The notes under the pieces: generated by a model
What the model was told of the DNA's origin: nothing
Databases searched by the model: none
Seen by the model: the letters and a program-made list of their open reading frames with translations, nothing else
Shown here: positions 52,034 through 60,068 of the stretch, one piece after another
Layout: every line of letters starts with the position of its first letter
Numbering within the stretch: the stretch's first letter is position 1
NCBI GenBank assembly: GCA_035318785.1
Contig: DATHDZ010000341.1
Span: 15,577-79,576, forward strand
Direction: 5' to 3'
DNA length: 64,000 bases
From: Micropepsaceae bacterium
GTDB lineage: Bacteria > Pseudomonadota > Alphaproteobacteria > Micropepsales > Micropepsaceae
Made by a program: the position numbers and the translations under genes

Positions 52034-53026
52034 ATGGCTCGACTTGTTGCGGCTTTCGCCTCGTCCCACAGCCTGATGCTGGCGGCGACGACGCAAGATT
52101 GGATCGGCGGTTTTCGCCAGACCGATCGGGGCATGCCGCTGTTCGACAAGGACGGAACCCCGCGCGATTACGAAGAGCTGCTGGCGATGGCCCCGCCTGA
52201 TGCGGCAAGCCTGGTGACGCCGAAAAAGATGAGCGCCGCCTATGAGCGCACCTTTAAGGCAGTGGCCGAACTCAAGCGTCACATCGATGCGACCGAGCTC
52301 GATGCGCTTATCATCGTCGGCGATGATCAGCACGAGCTCTTTCAGGACTCCATGATGCCCGCGCTCGGCATCTATTACGGCAAAACCATCCGCAATGCGG
52401 CGCGCGAGGAAACGCCGGAGGGGAATTGGTACCGGCGCGCAATGATGGAGCGGCTGGAGCCGCAGCGGGACGTGCATTATCCCGTTCACGCGGGCTTGGC
52501 GCTGCATATGATCATCGACCTGACCAAAGCCGAGTTCGACCTCTGCGCCCTGCGCGAGATCGCGCCCAATCAATATGAAGGCCACGCCTATTCCTATATC
52601 CACCGCACCTATCTCGAGGGGCGGAATCTTCCTGTCGTGCCGATCATGATGAACACCTATTACGCGCCCAATCCCCCGACGCCGAAGCGCTGCGTGCAGC
52701 TTGGTTGGAAGCTCAAAGAGGTGATCGAGTCCTATCCCGCCGAACTTCGAGTCGGCGTTCTGGCATCGGGCGGCCTGTCGCATTTCGTCGTTGACGAAGA
52801 GCTGGACCGCGGCGTGATTGAAGCCCTGCATGAGAAGGACCTCGATTATCTGGCCAGCCTCGATCCGAAGCGCCTGCAGGCGGGAAGCTCCGAGATCCGG
52901 AGCTGGATCGTGACCGCGGCGGCGGCGGTCGCCGCCGATTTCCAACTCGACTGGATCGAATATATTGCCGCCTATCGCACGCCGGCTCTGACCGGCGCGG
53001 GGCTAGGTTTTGCCCGCTGGTCATAG
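52034..53026 (+). CDS. LigB-superfamily (class III) extradiol ring-cleavage dioxygenase, single-subunit type
   Basis: MARLVAAFASSHS, LIIVGDDQHELF, GVLASGGLSHFVVDEELD, EIRSWI are typical of protocatechuate 4,5-/aminophenol-type dioxygenase B subunits. Confidence 0.85.
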   Translation: MARLVAAFASSHSLMLAATTQDWIGGFRQTDRGMPLFDKDGTPRDYEELLAMAPPDAASLVTPKKMSAAYERTFKAVAELKRHIDATELDALIIVGDDQHELFQDSMMPALGIYYGKTIRNAAREETPEGNWYRRAMMERLEPQRDVHYPVHAGLALHMIIDLTKAEFDLCALREIAPNQYEGHAYSYIHRTYLEGRNLPVVPIMMNTYYAPNPPTPKRCVQLGWKLKEVIESYPAELRVGVLASGGLSHFVVDEELDRGVIEALHEKDLDYLASLDPKRLQAGSSEIRSWIVTAAAAVAADFQLDWIEYIAAYRTPALTGAGLGFARWS

Positions 53027-53039
53027 AATGGGATCGAGC

Positions 53040-53432
53040 ATGAGACAGAAAAGCATCGAAGTGAAAGGGCTCTCCCATCATGGCGCGCCTATCCCCACCG
53101 CGTGCCGTGTCGGGCCGATCCTCGTCACCTCGCGCATCATGGGCAAGGATCCCGAAACCGGCGTGATGCCGACCGATCCTGAAAGCCAGGCGGTGCTGTG
53201 TTTCGAGAATCTGAAACGGGTGCTGGCGGCGGGCGGTATGGATCTGGGCGATGTGGTCAAACTGACAGTCTATCTCGTCAGCGATTCCTATCGCACGGCC
53301 GTCAACAAACCGTGGCATGAACACTATCCGGACCCCGAGCACCGGCCGACTCGTGACTCCCTGGTCATGCCCCTGAGGGGTGGAAATCTGATTCAGATTG
53401 AAGCCTGGGCGGTCGACAAGAGTCTGGGTTGA
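53040..53432 (+). CDS. RidA/YjgF/UK114-family protein
   Basis: GAPIPTACRVGPILVTSRIMGKDPETG...QAVLCFENLKRVLAAGGMDLGDVVKLTVYL...IQIEAWAV. An alternative ATG is at 53028. Confidence 0.85.
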   Translation: MRQKSIEVKGLSHHGAPIPTACRVGPILVTSRIMGKDPETGVMPTDPESQAVLCFENLKRVLAAGGMDLGDVVKLTVYLVSDSYRTAVNKPWHEHYPDPEHRPTRDSLVMPLRGGNLIQIEAWAVDKSLG

Positions 53433-53498
53433 ACCTCGCTTGTCAGGCGCAATTCCCGCTCCTATACCCTCTTCATCTCGACATCCGAAAGGCTTGCC

Positions 53499-54347
53499 AT
53501 GAGCGCGAATTCCGGCCCCGACGCCAAGGTCACGATTCCTGGGCTGCAGCAGATGAAGCGGGACGGGCGCAAGATCGTCGGCATCGTCGCGTGGGATTAT
53601 CAGATCGCGCAGATCATCGACCGCGCCGGCGTCGATATCATCTCGGTCGGCGACACGGTGGGCATCAATCTGTGGGGCCACCCGACGCCCCTGGAAGTCA
53701 CCCTGGAAGAGATGCTCGTCGTCTGCAAAGCGGTGCGGCGCGGCACCAAGCGAGCACTTGTCTCCTGTGATTTTCCGTTCGGCCCGCTGCAGGAAGGAAC
53801 GGACTCGGCCGTGAAGGCCGCTATCCGCCTGGTGAAGGAGGCGGGCGCCGACATCATCAAGCTCGACGGCGCCGCCGACTTCCCGGAGGCCGTCCGCGCG
53901 ATTGCCCGCGCCGGCATTCCGGTCTTCGCGCAATTCGGTATCACGCCCCAGACCGCGCTCGCCTACGGCATGCAATACAGCGCCATGAACAAGCCCGGTG
54001 CGGAATTGGCGGCCGACATGGCGGCCAAGATGGTGGATGAGGCCAAAAGGCTGGAGGATGCGGGTGCTTCGCTGCTCGACTTCACCAATTCGGGCGCCGT
54101 CGCCGGTGAAGCGGTGGTGCGTGCCGTCTCGATCCCGGTGATCGGCGGCTTCGGCGGCGGGCCCTGGCTGGACGGGCGGATGCGCATGGCCCATGCGGCG
54201 ATCGGTTATGGCGCCGCAGCGCTCGACTCCAAAACCGAGAATTACGCCAATGTCGCCAAGACGACTCTGGATGCCATCACGGCGCTTGCCGCCGATGTTC
54301 GCGCGGCGCGCCAGATCAAGGGCTCCGCGCCGGCGAAGCTTCCGTGA
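53499..54347 (+). CDS. PanB-like (3-methyl-2-oxobutanoate hydroxymethyltransferase family, ICL/PEPM superfamily) protein, divergent
   Basis: IVGIVAWDYQIAQIIDRAGVDIISVGDTVGINLWGH, VSCDFPFGP, DIIKLDG, IPVFAQFGITPQ, IPVIGGFGGGPWLDGRMRMAHAAIGY are collinear with E. coli PanB motifs. Confidence 0.8.
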   Translation: MSANSGPDAKVTIPGLQQMKRDGRKIVGIVAWDYQIAQIIDRAGVDIISVGDTVGINLWGHPTPLEVTLEEMLVVCKAVRRGTKRALVSCDFPFGPLQEGTDSAVKAAIRLVKEAGADIIKLDGAADFPEAVRAIARAGIPVFAQFGITPQTALAYGMQYSAMNKPGAELAADMAAKMVDEAKRLEDAGASLLDFTNSGAVAGEAVVRAVSIPVIGGFGGGPWLDGRMRMAHAAIGYGAAALDSKTENYANVAKTTLDAITALAADVRAARQIKGSAPAKLP

Positions 54348-54351
54348 GTTT

Positions 54352-55257
54352 CTAATTTTTCGCCGGGCGCCCTTCCAGCAAATGCTTCAGCGCGGTGGCG
54401 CGGGCGACAATGAATTCGTTGAACGCTTTGACGCGCGGCACGTCCTTCATTCCCTCCTGCGTGACGAGGTAATAGCCATATTGGAATCGCGGCAGCGCGA
54501 AGCAGCGTAAGAGATCGGGGTCGAAATCGCCCATCGGACATGGCAGCGGGCCGACGCCGTGACCCGCTTTGATCGCGGACAGGACATTGGGAAGACTGTT
54601 GCACACATTGCGTATTGTCGCGCGCGGCGCAGTCTCGACCAGCCACGTATAGGGTTCAAGTTTCGCCATTTCGCCATCGGAGCCGATGGCGAAATGATCG
54701 TTGAGGACGTCCGCACAGGCGGGAAGGCCGCGTTTCTCGGCATAGGCCTTGCTGCAATAAAGCGCCCATGGGGCATCGGCGAGTTTGCGCACCACGATCC
54801 CCGCCCCTTTGGGCATATACCCGGCGCGGATGGCGATGTCGGCATCGCCGCGCGCAAGATCGAGCCGTAGATCGGTGACGATCACGTCGACACGAATATC
54901 GGGGTATAAATCCATGAACTCGCTGAGCCATGGCGTGAGCATCATGTTTGCGACGCTCTCCACCGTGGTCACGCGGATCACGCCCGAGAGCTGCCGGCTG
55001 CGCTGCGCGACAAGGCGCTCCAGTGTTTCGGCCTCGACCGCGACATGCTCGGCTTGCGTGAGGATGGCAGCGCCCGCCTCGCTCAGGCGATAACCGTCCT
55101 GGTGGCGGTCGAAGAGGCGCGCACCGAGAGCCTCTTCCAAAGCCGCGATGCGCCGCGCAACCGTGGTCTGGTTGACCCTCAGCTCGCGCGCCGCCCCTAA
55201 CGTGCTGCCCGCTCGCGCCGCCGCCAGGAAGAACCGCAAATCGCCCCAATCATACAT
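54352..55257 (-). CDS. LysR-family transcriptional regulator
   Basis: MYDWGDLRFFLAAARAGSTLGAARELRVNQTTVARRIAALEEALGARLFDR plus a LysR substrate-binding domain. Confidence 0.9.
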   Translation of the reverse strand: MYDWGDLRFFLAAARAGSTLGAARELRVNQTTVARRIAALEEALGARLFDRHQDGYRLSEAGAAILTQAEHVAVEAETLERLVAQRSRQLSGVIRVTTVESVANMMLTPWLSEFMDLYPDIRVDVIVTDLRLDLARGDADIAIRAGYMPKGAGIVVRKLADAPWALYCSKAYAEKRGLPACADVLNDHFAIGSDGEMAKLEPYTWLVETAPRATIRNVCNSLPNVLSAIKAGHGVGPLPCPMGDFDPDLLRCFALPRFQYGYYLVTQEGMKDVPRVKAFNEFIVARATALKHLLEGRPAKN

Positions 55258-55264
55258 GCCGGCA

Positions 55265-55282
55265 TTCTGCAACTATGCAGAA
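55265..55282. promoter_or_regulatory. LysR-type box: TTCTGCA-acta-TGCAGAA (T-N11-A-compatible dyad)
   Basis: Perfect 7-bp inverted repeat starting 8 nt upstream of the LysR ATG, in the divergent spacer with the GST gene. Confidence 0.45.
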
Positions 55283-55361
55283 CAAAGCTGCAAGAGTTCG
55301 GCTTTCGCGGCCCCTGCCTTGCCCGTATTCGAAGCGCACACAACAAGCCATGGGGAAACCG

Positions 55362-56030
55362 ATGCTGACGCTCTATCTCGATCCCGCCTCGACGACCTGC
55401 CGTCCGGTCACCCTGTTCGCCACGGACGCCGGCATCCAGCTCAATACGGTCCATATCAACCTGTCGCTGGGCGAACATCTCATCGCCGGTTTCTCCGAGA
55501 TCAATCCGAACCAGGCCGTGCCCGTGCTGGACCATGACGGCTTTCGCCTGACCGAATGCTCCGCCATCCTGAAATATCTCGCCGACCTGGTGCCGTCGCC
55601 GGCCTATCCCAGCGACCTTCAGACGCGCGCCCACGTCAATCAATGGATGGACTGGTTCAATACCTTGTTCCTCAAGGATTTCGGCTATGGCTGCGTCTAT
55701 CCTCAGATCTTCGACTTTTTGCGGCTTTCCGAAGCGGCCGAACGCGAGCGGACCGCCTGGCATGCGCCGCGTGCGGCGAAACGGTTGAAGATCTTGGACG
55801 ATCACCTCGCGGCGTCGGGTCCCTATTTATGCGGGGATGCGATCACGCTTGCCGACTATATGGGCGCATGTTTCGTAAATCTCGGCGAGCTGGTCGATTT
55901 CGACTTTTCGTCCTTTCCCGACGTGCAGCGGTGGATCGCAACCATGAAGGCCCGCTCCGCCTGGGACGCTGTGCATGCCGGCTTCTATGGCTGGCGCGCC
56001 GCGCTCCACCAGTCACGCATCGCCGCTTAG
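55362..56030 (+). CDS. Glutathione S-transferase family protein
   Basis: MLTLYLDPASTTCRPVTLF...INPNQAVPVLDHDGFRLTECSAILKYLAD (thioredoxin-like N-domain), C-terminal helical domain. An alternative ATG is at 55350. Confidence 0.85.
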   Translation: MLTLYLDPASTTCRPVTLFATDAGIQLNTVHINLSLGEHLIAGFSEINPNQAVPVLDHDGFRLTECSAILKYLADLVPSPAYPSDLQTRAHVNQWMDWFNTLFLKDFGYGCVYPQIFDFLRLSEAAERERTAWHAPRAAKRLKILDDHLAASGPYLCGDAITLADYMGACFVNLGELVDFDFSSFPDVQRWIATMKARSAWDAVHAGFYGWRAALHQSRIAA

Positions 56031-56069
56031 CACCGTTTTTCGACTCCACGACAAGAGAGGGCAAATACC

Positions 56070-56609
56070 ATGAGACATCTTGCTTATTACGGCGCGGCCA
56101 GCGCCGCTCTGATGGTTGCGGGCTTTCTGTTTTCGCAACCGCCAAACGCTGCCAGCGCAGCGGAATCGCAAGTCGAGCGCGGCAAATATCTTGTCACGTT
56201 CGGCGGCTGCATGGATTGCCACACGTCGGGGTATTTCTTCGGCAAGCCCGATATGGCGCGTTTTCTCGGAGGGTCGGAGGTCGGCTTCGAAATCCCGGGA
56301 CTTGGAATCTTCCATGGCCGCAATCTGACGCCGGACAAGGAGACCGGACTCGGCACTTGGAGCAAGGAGCAGATCGTGACCGCGATCCAGACCGGGATAC
56401 GGCCCGACGGAAGAGAACTTGCGCCGATCATGCCGTGGCGCGCTTTCGCTAATCTTACCAAGCAGGACGCGGAAGCTATCGCCACCTTTCTGCAGAGCCT
56501 GCCGCCGGTGAAGAACAAGGTCCCCGGTCCGTTTGGACCGAGCGAGAAGCCGACATCCTTCGTGATGAAGGTGGTGCCGCCGGATTCACTAACCGCTTCG
56601 GCAAAATAG
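56070..56609 (+). CDS. Periplasmic c-type cytochrome (monohaem)
   Basis: Signal peptide. CMDCH haem-binding motif preceded by ERGKYLVTFGG. Downstream IMPW (candidate Met ligand). Confidence 0.85.
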   Translation: MRHLAYYGAASAALMVAGFLFSQPPNAASAAESQVERGKYLVTFGGCMDCHTSGYFFGKPDMARFLGGSEVGFEIPGLGIFHGRNLTPDKETGLGTWSKEQIVTAIQTGIRPDGRELAPIMPWRAFANLTKQDAEAIATFLQSLPPVKNKVPGPFGPSEKPTSFVMKVVPPDSLTASAK

Positions 56610-56627
56610 CGGGTTGGTTCGAACCCT

Positions 56628-56655
56628 CCCTCCCCCGTCTTTCATTGGGGGAGGG
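56628..56655. repeat. GC hairpin of the CCTCCCC/GGGGAGG family
   Basis: CCCTCCCCC-gtctttcatt-GGGGGAGGG, 19 nt after the cytochrome c stop. Confidence 0.45.
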
Positions 56656-56739
56656 GACCGCCGAACCTCGTCTTTCCTCCGCTGCGCCTTTCCGTCTAAG
56701 TTCTTGCAGGGAAGATCGCTCGCACCGGGAGGAGCGCCG

Positions 56740-57900
56740 ATGGGCATGTCGCAGAGGAATTTGCTTAAGAGGTCGGCCAAGGCGTCGGCGTTTGTCCTGG
56801 CGATGGCCGGCGCCCTCGCGCTGTCCCAACAGGGTGCAAACTCCGCCGAAGGCGGCGCGATGCCGAAATTCACCTATGACGGAAGCTGGCCGAAGCTCCC
56901 GCTCCCAAACAAATGGACCTTCGAAGGCATCACCGGCCTCGCCGTGGACAAGGACGATGTGATCTGGGTGCTCAATCGGCCCGGCGATTTCGACATCGAT
57001 CCGATCTTCCGCGTGCCCGAGAAGACCGAGAATTATGCCGCTCTCAATCCGCCGACCGCGATGTGCTGCCTGAAGCCCGAAGGGATCCTCGCTTTCGACA
57101 TGCAGGGCAATCTGCTGCGCCATTGGAATCAAGCAGACAAGATCGACGGTCACCTGATCCTCGCCGACAAGGGCGGCAATATCTGGATCGGCTCGGACAC
57201 GATGCGCAAATACACCAAGGATGGGAAGCTCCTGGGCGCGATCGAGCGCGTCTCCGAATCGCAGCCCAAGCCGGGGGCCTTCCCTGCCGAGACGCCGAGC
57301 ATCGTCGGCCGCATCGAAGGCGGCGAATTCGACGAAGATGCGCGGGAACTGTTTGTCACCGACGGTTATCTGCGTGGGCGTGTGCTCGTTTTCGACATGG
57401 ACACCATGAAGTTCAAGCGTGGCTGGGGCGCATACGGCAAGCCGCTGAAAGAGATCAACTTCGATCCGGCTGCGAAATACGATCCCAAGGGTCCGCCGGC
57501 GAAGGATTTCCTCGGCCACATCACGCTGACGGTCTCACGCGACGGTTTCGTCTATGCCGCCGACCGGGTGGCCGACCGCATCCAGGTCTACACCAAGGCC
57601 GGAAAATTCGTGCGCGAATTCACCGTGGCCCCGGAAACCCTGGACCGCGGTTCGACCGGCGGGATGGCGCTGTCGCCCCTTCCGGACCAGCGTTATCTTT
57701 ATGTCTCCGACATCATGAACAATGTCATCTGGATCGTGAACCGCGCCGACGGCAAGACACTCGGCCATTTCGGATTCGCCGGGCATAGCGGCGGCGGCTT
57801 GCACTGGGTGCACATGGTGACAACCGATTCCAAAGGCAACGTCTACACCGGAGAAGTCGACACCGGAAAGCGCGTGCAGCGCTTCCTGGTCGGCCGCTAG
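56740..57900 (+). CDS. Secreted NHL-repeat six-bladed beta-propeller protein (peptidyl-alpha-hydroxyglycine lyase-like)
   Basis: GGGAGGAG RBS. Signal MGMSQRNLLKRSAKASAFVLAMAGALA. Repeated GxxVDxxGNIWV / VADRxNxRIQVY-type blades (ADRVADRIQVYTKAGKF, TDSKGNVYTGEVDTGKRVQRF). Confidence 0.75.
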   Translation: MGMSQRNLLKRSAKASAFVLAMAGALALSQQGANSAEGGAMPKFTYDGSWPKLPLPNKWTFEGITGLAVDKDDVIWVLNRPGDFDIDPIFRVPEKTENYAALNPPTAMCCLKPEGILAFDMQGNLLRHWNQADKIDGHLILADKGGNIWIGSDTMRKYTKDGKLLGAIERVSESQPKPGAFPAETPSIVGRIEGGEFDEDARELFVTDGYLRGRVLVFDMDTMKFKRGWGAYGKPLKEINFDPAAKYDPKGPPAKDFLGHITLTVSRDGFVYAADRVADRIQVYTKAGKFVREFTVAPETLDRGSTGGMALSPLPDQRYLYVSDIMNNVIWIVNRADGKTLGHFGFAGHSGGGLHWVHMVTTDSKGNVYTGEVDTGKRVQRFLVGR

Positions 57901-57920
57901 AAAGAGACCGCGCGAAACAT

Positions 57921-58775
57921 ATGGCAATTGCGGTCATCGACGGAATAAAGACGCGCTATGAAGTGATCGGGTCGGGGCCGCCGCTTCTGATGTATGCGCC
58001 GGGCGGCTTTGACGCGACCGTGGAGAAATGGTCGACGCAGGGCGTCTACAAAACCGTCAAGCTGCTCGATCATCTTCCGAAAAAATATAGCTGCATCGTC
58101 TTCGACCGGCGCGAATGCGGCCTATCGGGGGGACGCGTCGAGCGACTGACCTGGGCCCATTATGTGGCGCAGGGCAAAGGGCTGCTCGAACATCTGAGCA
58201 TCAAGCGCGCGCACATCATGGGTGGCTGCGTGGGCTGCTGTCCGGTGACGGCGTTTGGCGTCGCCTATCCAGAGGCGACGCTCAGCATGGTCCTGTGGTG
58301 GCCGGTGGGCGGCGCGAAATATCGCATCAGCGGGCATCAGCGTTTTGCGATTCATCTGGCCTATGTGCAGGGGCACGGACTGGAGCGCGTCGTCGAACTC
58401 GCCACCGCATCGGGCAAGAGTTTCGGCGAGGATCCGCGCGGCGGACCTTGGGCGGCGGTGATCCGTACCGACCGCGCGTTTGCGGAATCCTATGCCAGGC
58501 AGGATGTGGAGAAATACAAACTGATCGTGACCGGCACGGCGCGAACGCTTTTGGATCGCGACACCGCGCCGGGCGCCGAACCGGAAGACATGCTGCGATC
58601 CGATATCCCCGCGCTCATCATTCCGGGACATGATGCCTCGCATGCGACGTCGGCGGCGCGCTTCCTCGAAGAGTGCTTGCCCAAATCGGAATATTGGGAC
58701 GTTCCCGTCGCCAGTCAGACCGAAGACAACGCGCCGGCGCGCATCCTTGAATTCCTGGATAAGACGACGCTTTAA
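57921..58775 (+). CDS. Alpha/beta-hydrolase fold protein with Cys at the nucleophile elbow
   Basis: GSGPPLLMYAPGG (oxyanion-loop region), nucleophile-elbow sequence IMGGCVGC (G-G-C-V-G, TGC at 58227-58229), IPGHDASH near the C-terminus. Confidence 0.85.
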   Translation: MAIAVIDGIKTRYEVIGSGPPLLMYAPGGFDATVEKWSTQGVYKTVKLLDHLPKKYSCIVFDRRECGLSGGRVERLTWAHYVAQGKGLLEHLSIKRAHIMGGCVGCCPVTAFGVAYPEATLSMVLWWPVGGAKYRISGHQRFAIHLAYVQGHGLERVVELATASGKSFGEDPRGGPWAAVIRTDRAFAESYARQDVEKYKLIVTGTARTLLDRDTAPGAEPEDMLRSDIPALIIPGHDASHATSAARFLEECLPKSEYWDVPVASQTEDNAPARILEFLDKTTL

Positions 58776-58788
58776 CAACATCGATTTT

Positions 58789-58810
58789 CTCCCCCCGTTC
58801 ACGGGGGGAG
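58789..58810. repeat. GC hairpin of the CCTCCCC/GGGGAGG family
   Basis: CTCCCCCC-gttcac-GGGGGGAG, followed by a second small hairpin CGCTGCC-gac-GGCAGCG (58811-58827). Confidence 0.45.
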
Positions 58811-58870
58811 CGCTGCCGACGGCAGCGAGGGGGGCGCCCCTTCCCGTTGCCAGCGGTGCTGGAGAAAAGC

Positions 58871-58905
58871 GAAGGGGACAGCAATGCTGTCCCCTTCCGT
58901 TTTTT
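58871..58905. terminator. Rho-independent terminator shared by the convergent hydrolase and GlcG-like genes
   Basis: GAAGGGGACAGCA/TGCTGTCCCCTTC palindrome (13-nt arms), followed by cgTTTTTT on the plus strand and gCTTTTCTCC on the minus strand. Confidence 0.75.
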
Positions 58906-58928
58906 CAGCTTCCAAATCTAGGGCGATG

Positions 58929-59417
58929 TTATTTCAAATCGGATGCGACCTTGTCGATGCCGGCTTTGGCACAGGCTTCATCCTTGTCGCCGCCCGGTGC
59001 GCCGGAAATGCCGACGGCGCCGATGGCATCTTCGCCGACCATGATCGGCAATCCGCCCTGCGCGGGAACCATGTTGCTGAGATGGATCGCCCCGACGGTG
59101 GGATTCATCTTCACGGCGTTGGCGAAATTGAGCGACGGCGCCCGCTGGGCGCGGGACGTCCAGGCCTTCTTGAACGAGTTTTCATAGGTCTGCGGGCCCG
59201 TATCGTCGCCGCGCATTGCGACGAGCACTTCGCCGGCGCGGCCGAGCACATGGGCTGATACGTTGTAGCCCTGCGCCTTGCAGGTTTGAACGGCCGTTTG
59301 CGCGATGGCGACCGCGGTGGTGACCGATAGGTCCTTGTGGGCGACAAGTTGGGCATTGGCCGAACCGGCGATGGCGCCGATCAGCGCGATGCCGGCGATA
59401 ATGGCAATCTTCTTCAT
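58929..59417 (-). CDS. Secreted GlcG/HbpS-like (DUF336) haem-binding family protein, copy 1
   Basis: AGGAG RBS. MKKIAIIAGIALIGAIAGSANA signal. IAQTAVQTCKAQGYNVSAHVLGRAGEVLV..., GGLPIMVGEDAIGAVGISGAPGGDKDEACA hallmark. Confidence 0.85.
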   Translation of the reverse strand: MKKIAIIAGIALIGAIAGSANAQLVAHKDLSVTTAVAIAQTAVQTCKAQGYNVSAHVLGRAGEVLVAMRGDDTGPQTYENSFKKAWTSRAQRAPSLNFANAVKMNPTVGAIHLSNMVPAQGGLPIMVGEDAIGAVGISGAPGGDKDEACAKAGIDKVASDLK

Positions 59418-59473
59418 GGCAAGTCTCCTTGATGAGGCCGCGATGGCGCGGCTTCGAAAATGTCGATGATGGT

Positions 59474-59968
59474 CTAGCGGAGTTGGGCCGCGACCTTGTC
59501 GATGCCGGCCTTGGCGCAAACTTCGTCCTTGTCGCCGCCCGGCGCGCCGGAGATGCCGATGGCGCCGATCGTGTCTTCACCCACCATGATCGGCAGCGCG
59601 CCCTGCGCCGCCACATAATTGGAGAGGAAGAACTGGGCTGCGTTGGGATTGCCCTTGACGGCGTCGGCAAATTTCCCCGAGGGAGCGCGCGTGGCGCGAG
59701 CCGTATAGGCCTTCTTCATCGAATTTTCGTAAGTCGCAAAGCCTGCAGCAGGATTGCGGATGGCTACGACCACCTGACCTTCGCGGCCAAGCACATTCGC
59801 CGATACGTTGTAACCTTGCGCCTTGCAGGTTTCGATGGCCGTCATCGCGATCGTCGTCGCCGTCGCAACCGACAGGTCTTTATGAGTCAAAAGCTGGGCG
59901 TTGGCCGGAACGGCAACGCTGAAGATGACTGCAAGCGATACGCCGGCAATCGAGGCTGTCTTGAACAT
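59474..59968 (-). CDS. Secreted GlcG/HbpS-like (DUF336) family protein, copy 2
   Basis: AGGAGGGAG RBS. Signal peptide. GALPIMVGEDTIGAIGISGAPGGDKDEVCA. Collinear paralog of copy 1. Confidence 0.85.
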   Translation of the reverse strand: MFKTASIAGVSLAVIFSVAVPANAQLLTHKDLSVATATTIAMTAIETCKAQGYNVSANVLGREGQVVVAIRNPAAGFATYENSMKKAYTARATRAPSGKFADAVKGNPNAAQFFLSNYVAAQGALPIMVGEDTIGAIGISGAPGGDKDEVCAKAGIDKVAAQLR

Positions 59969-60068
59969 GGGGGGCTCCCTCCTGGTGAAAGCCGCATAGG
60001 CGGCATCGGCGCCATAATATCGCCGTTTGGCCGTTTTGTATCTAAGGCCCCCAGCTTGAATTCATGCG

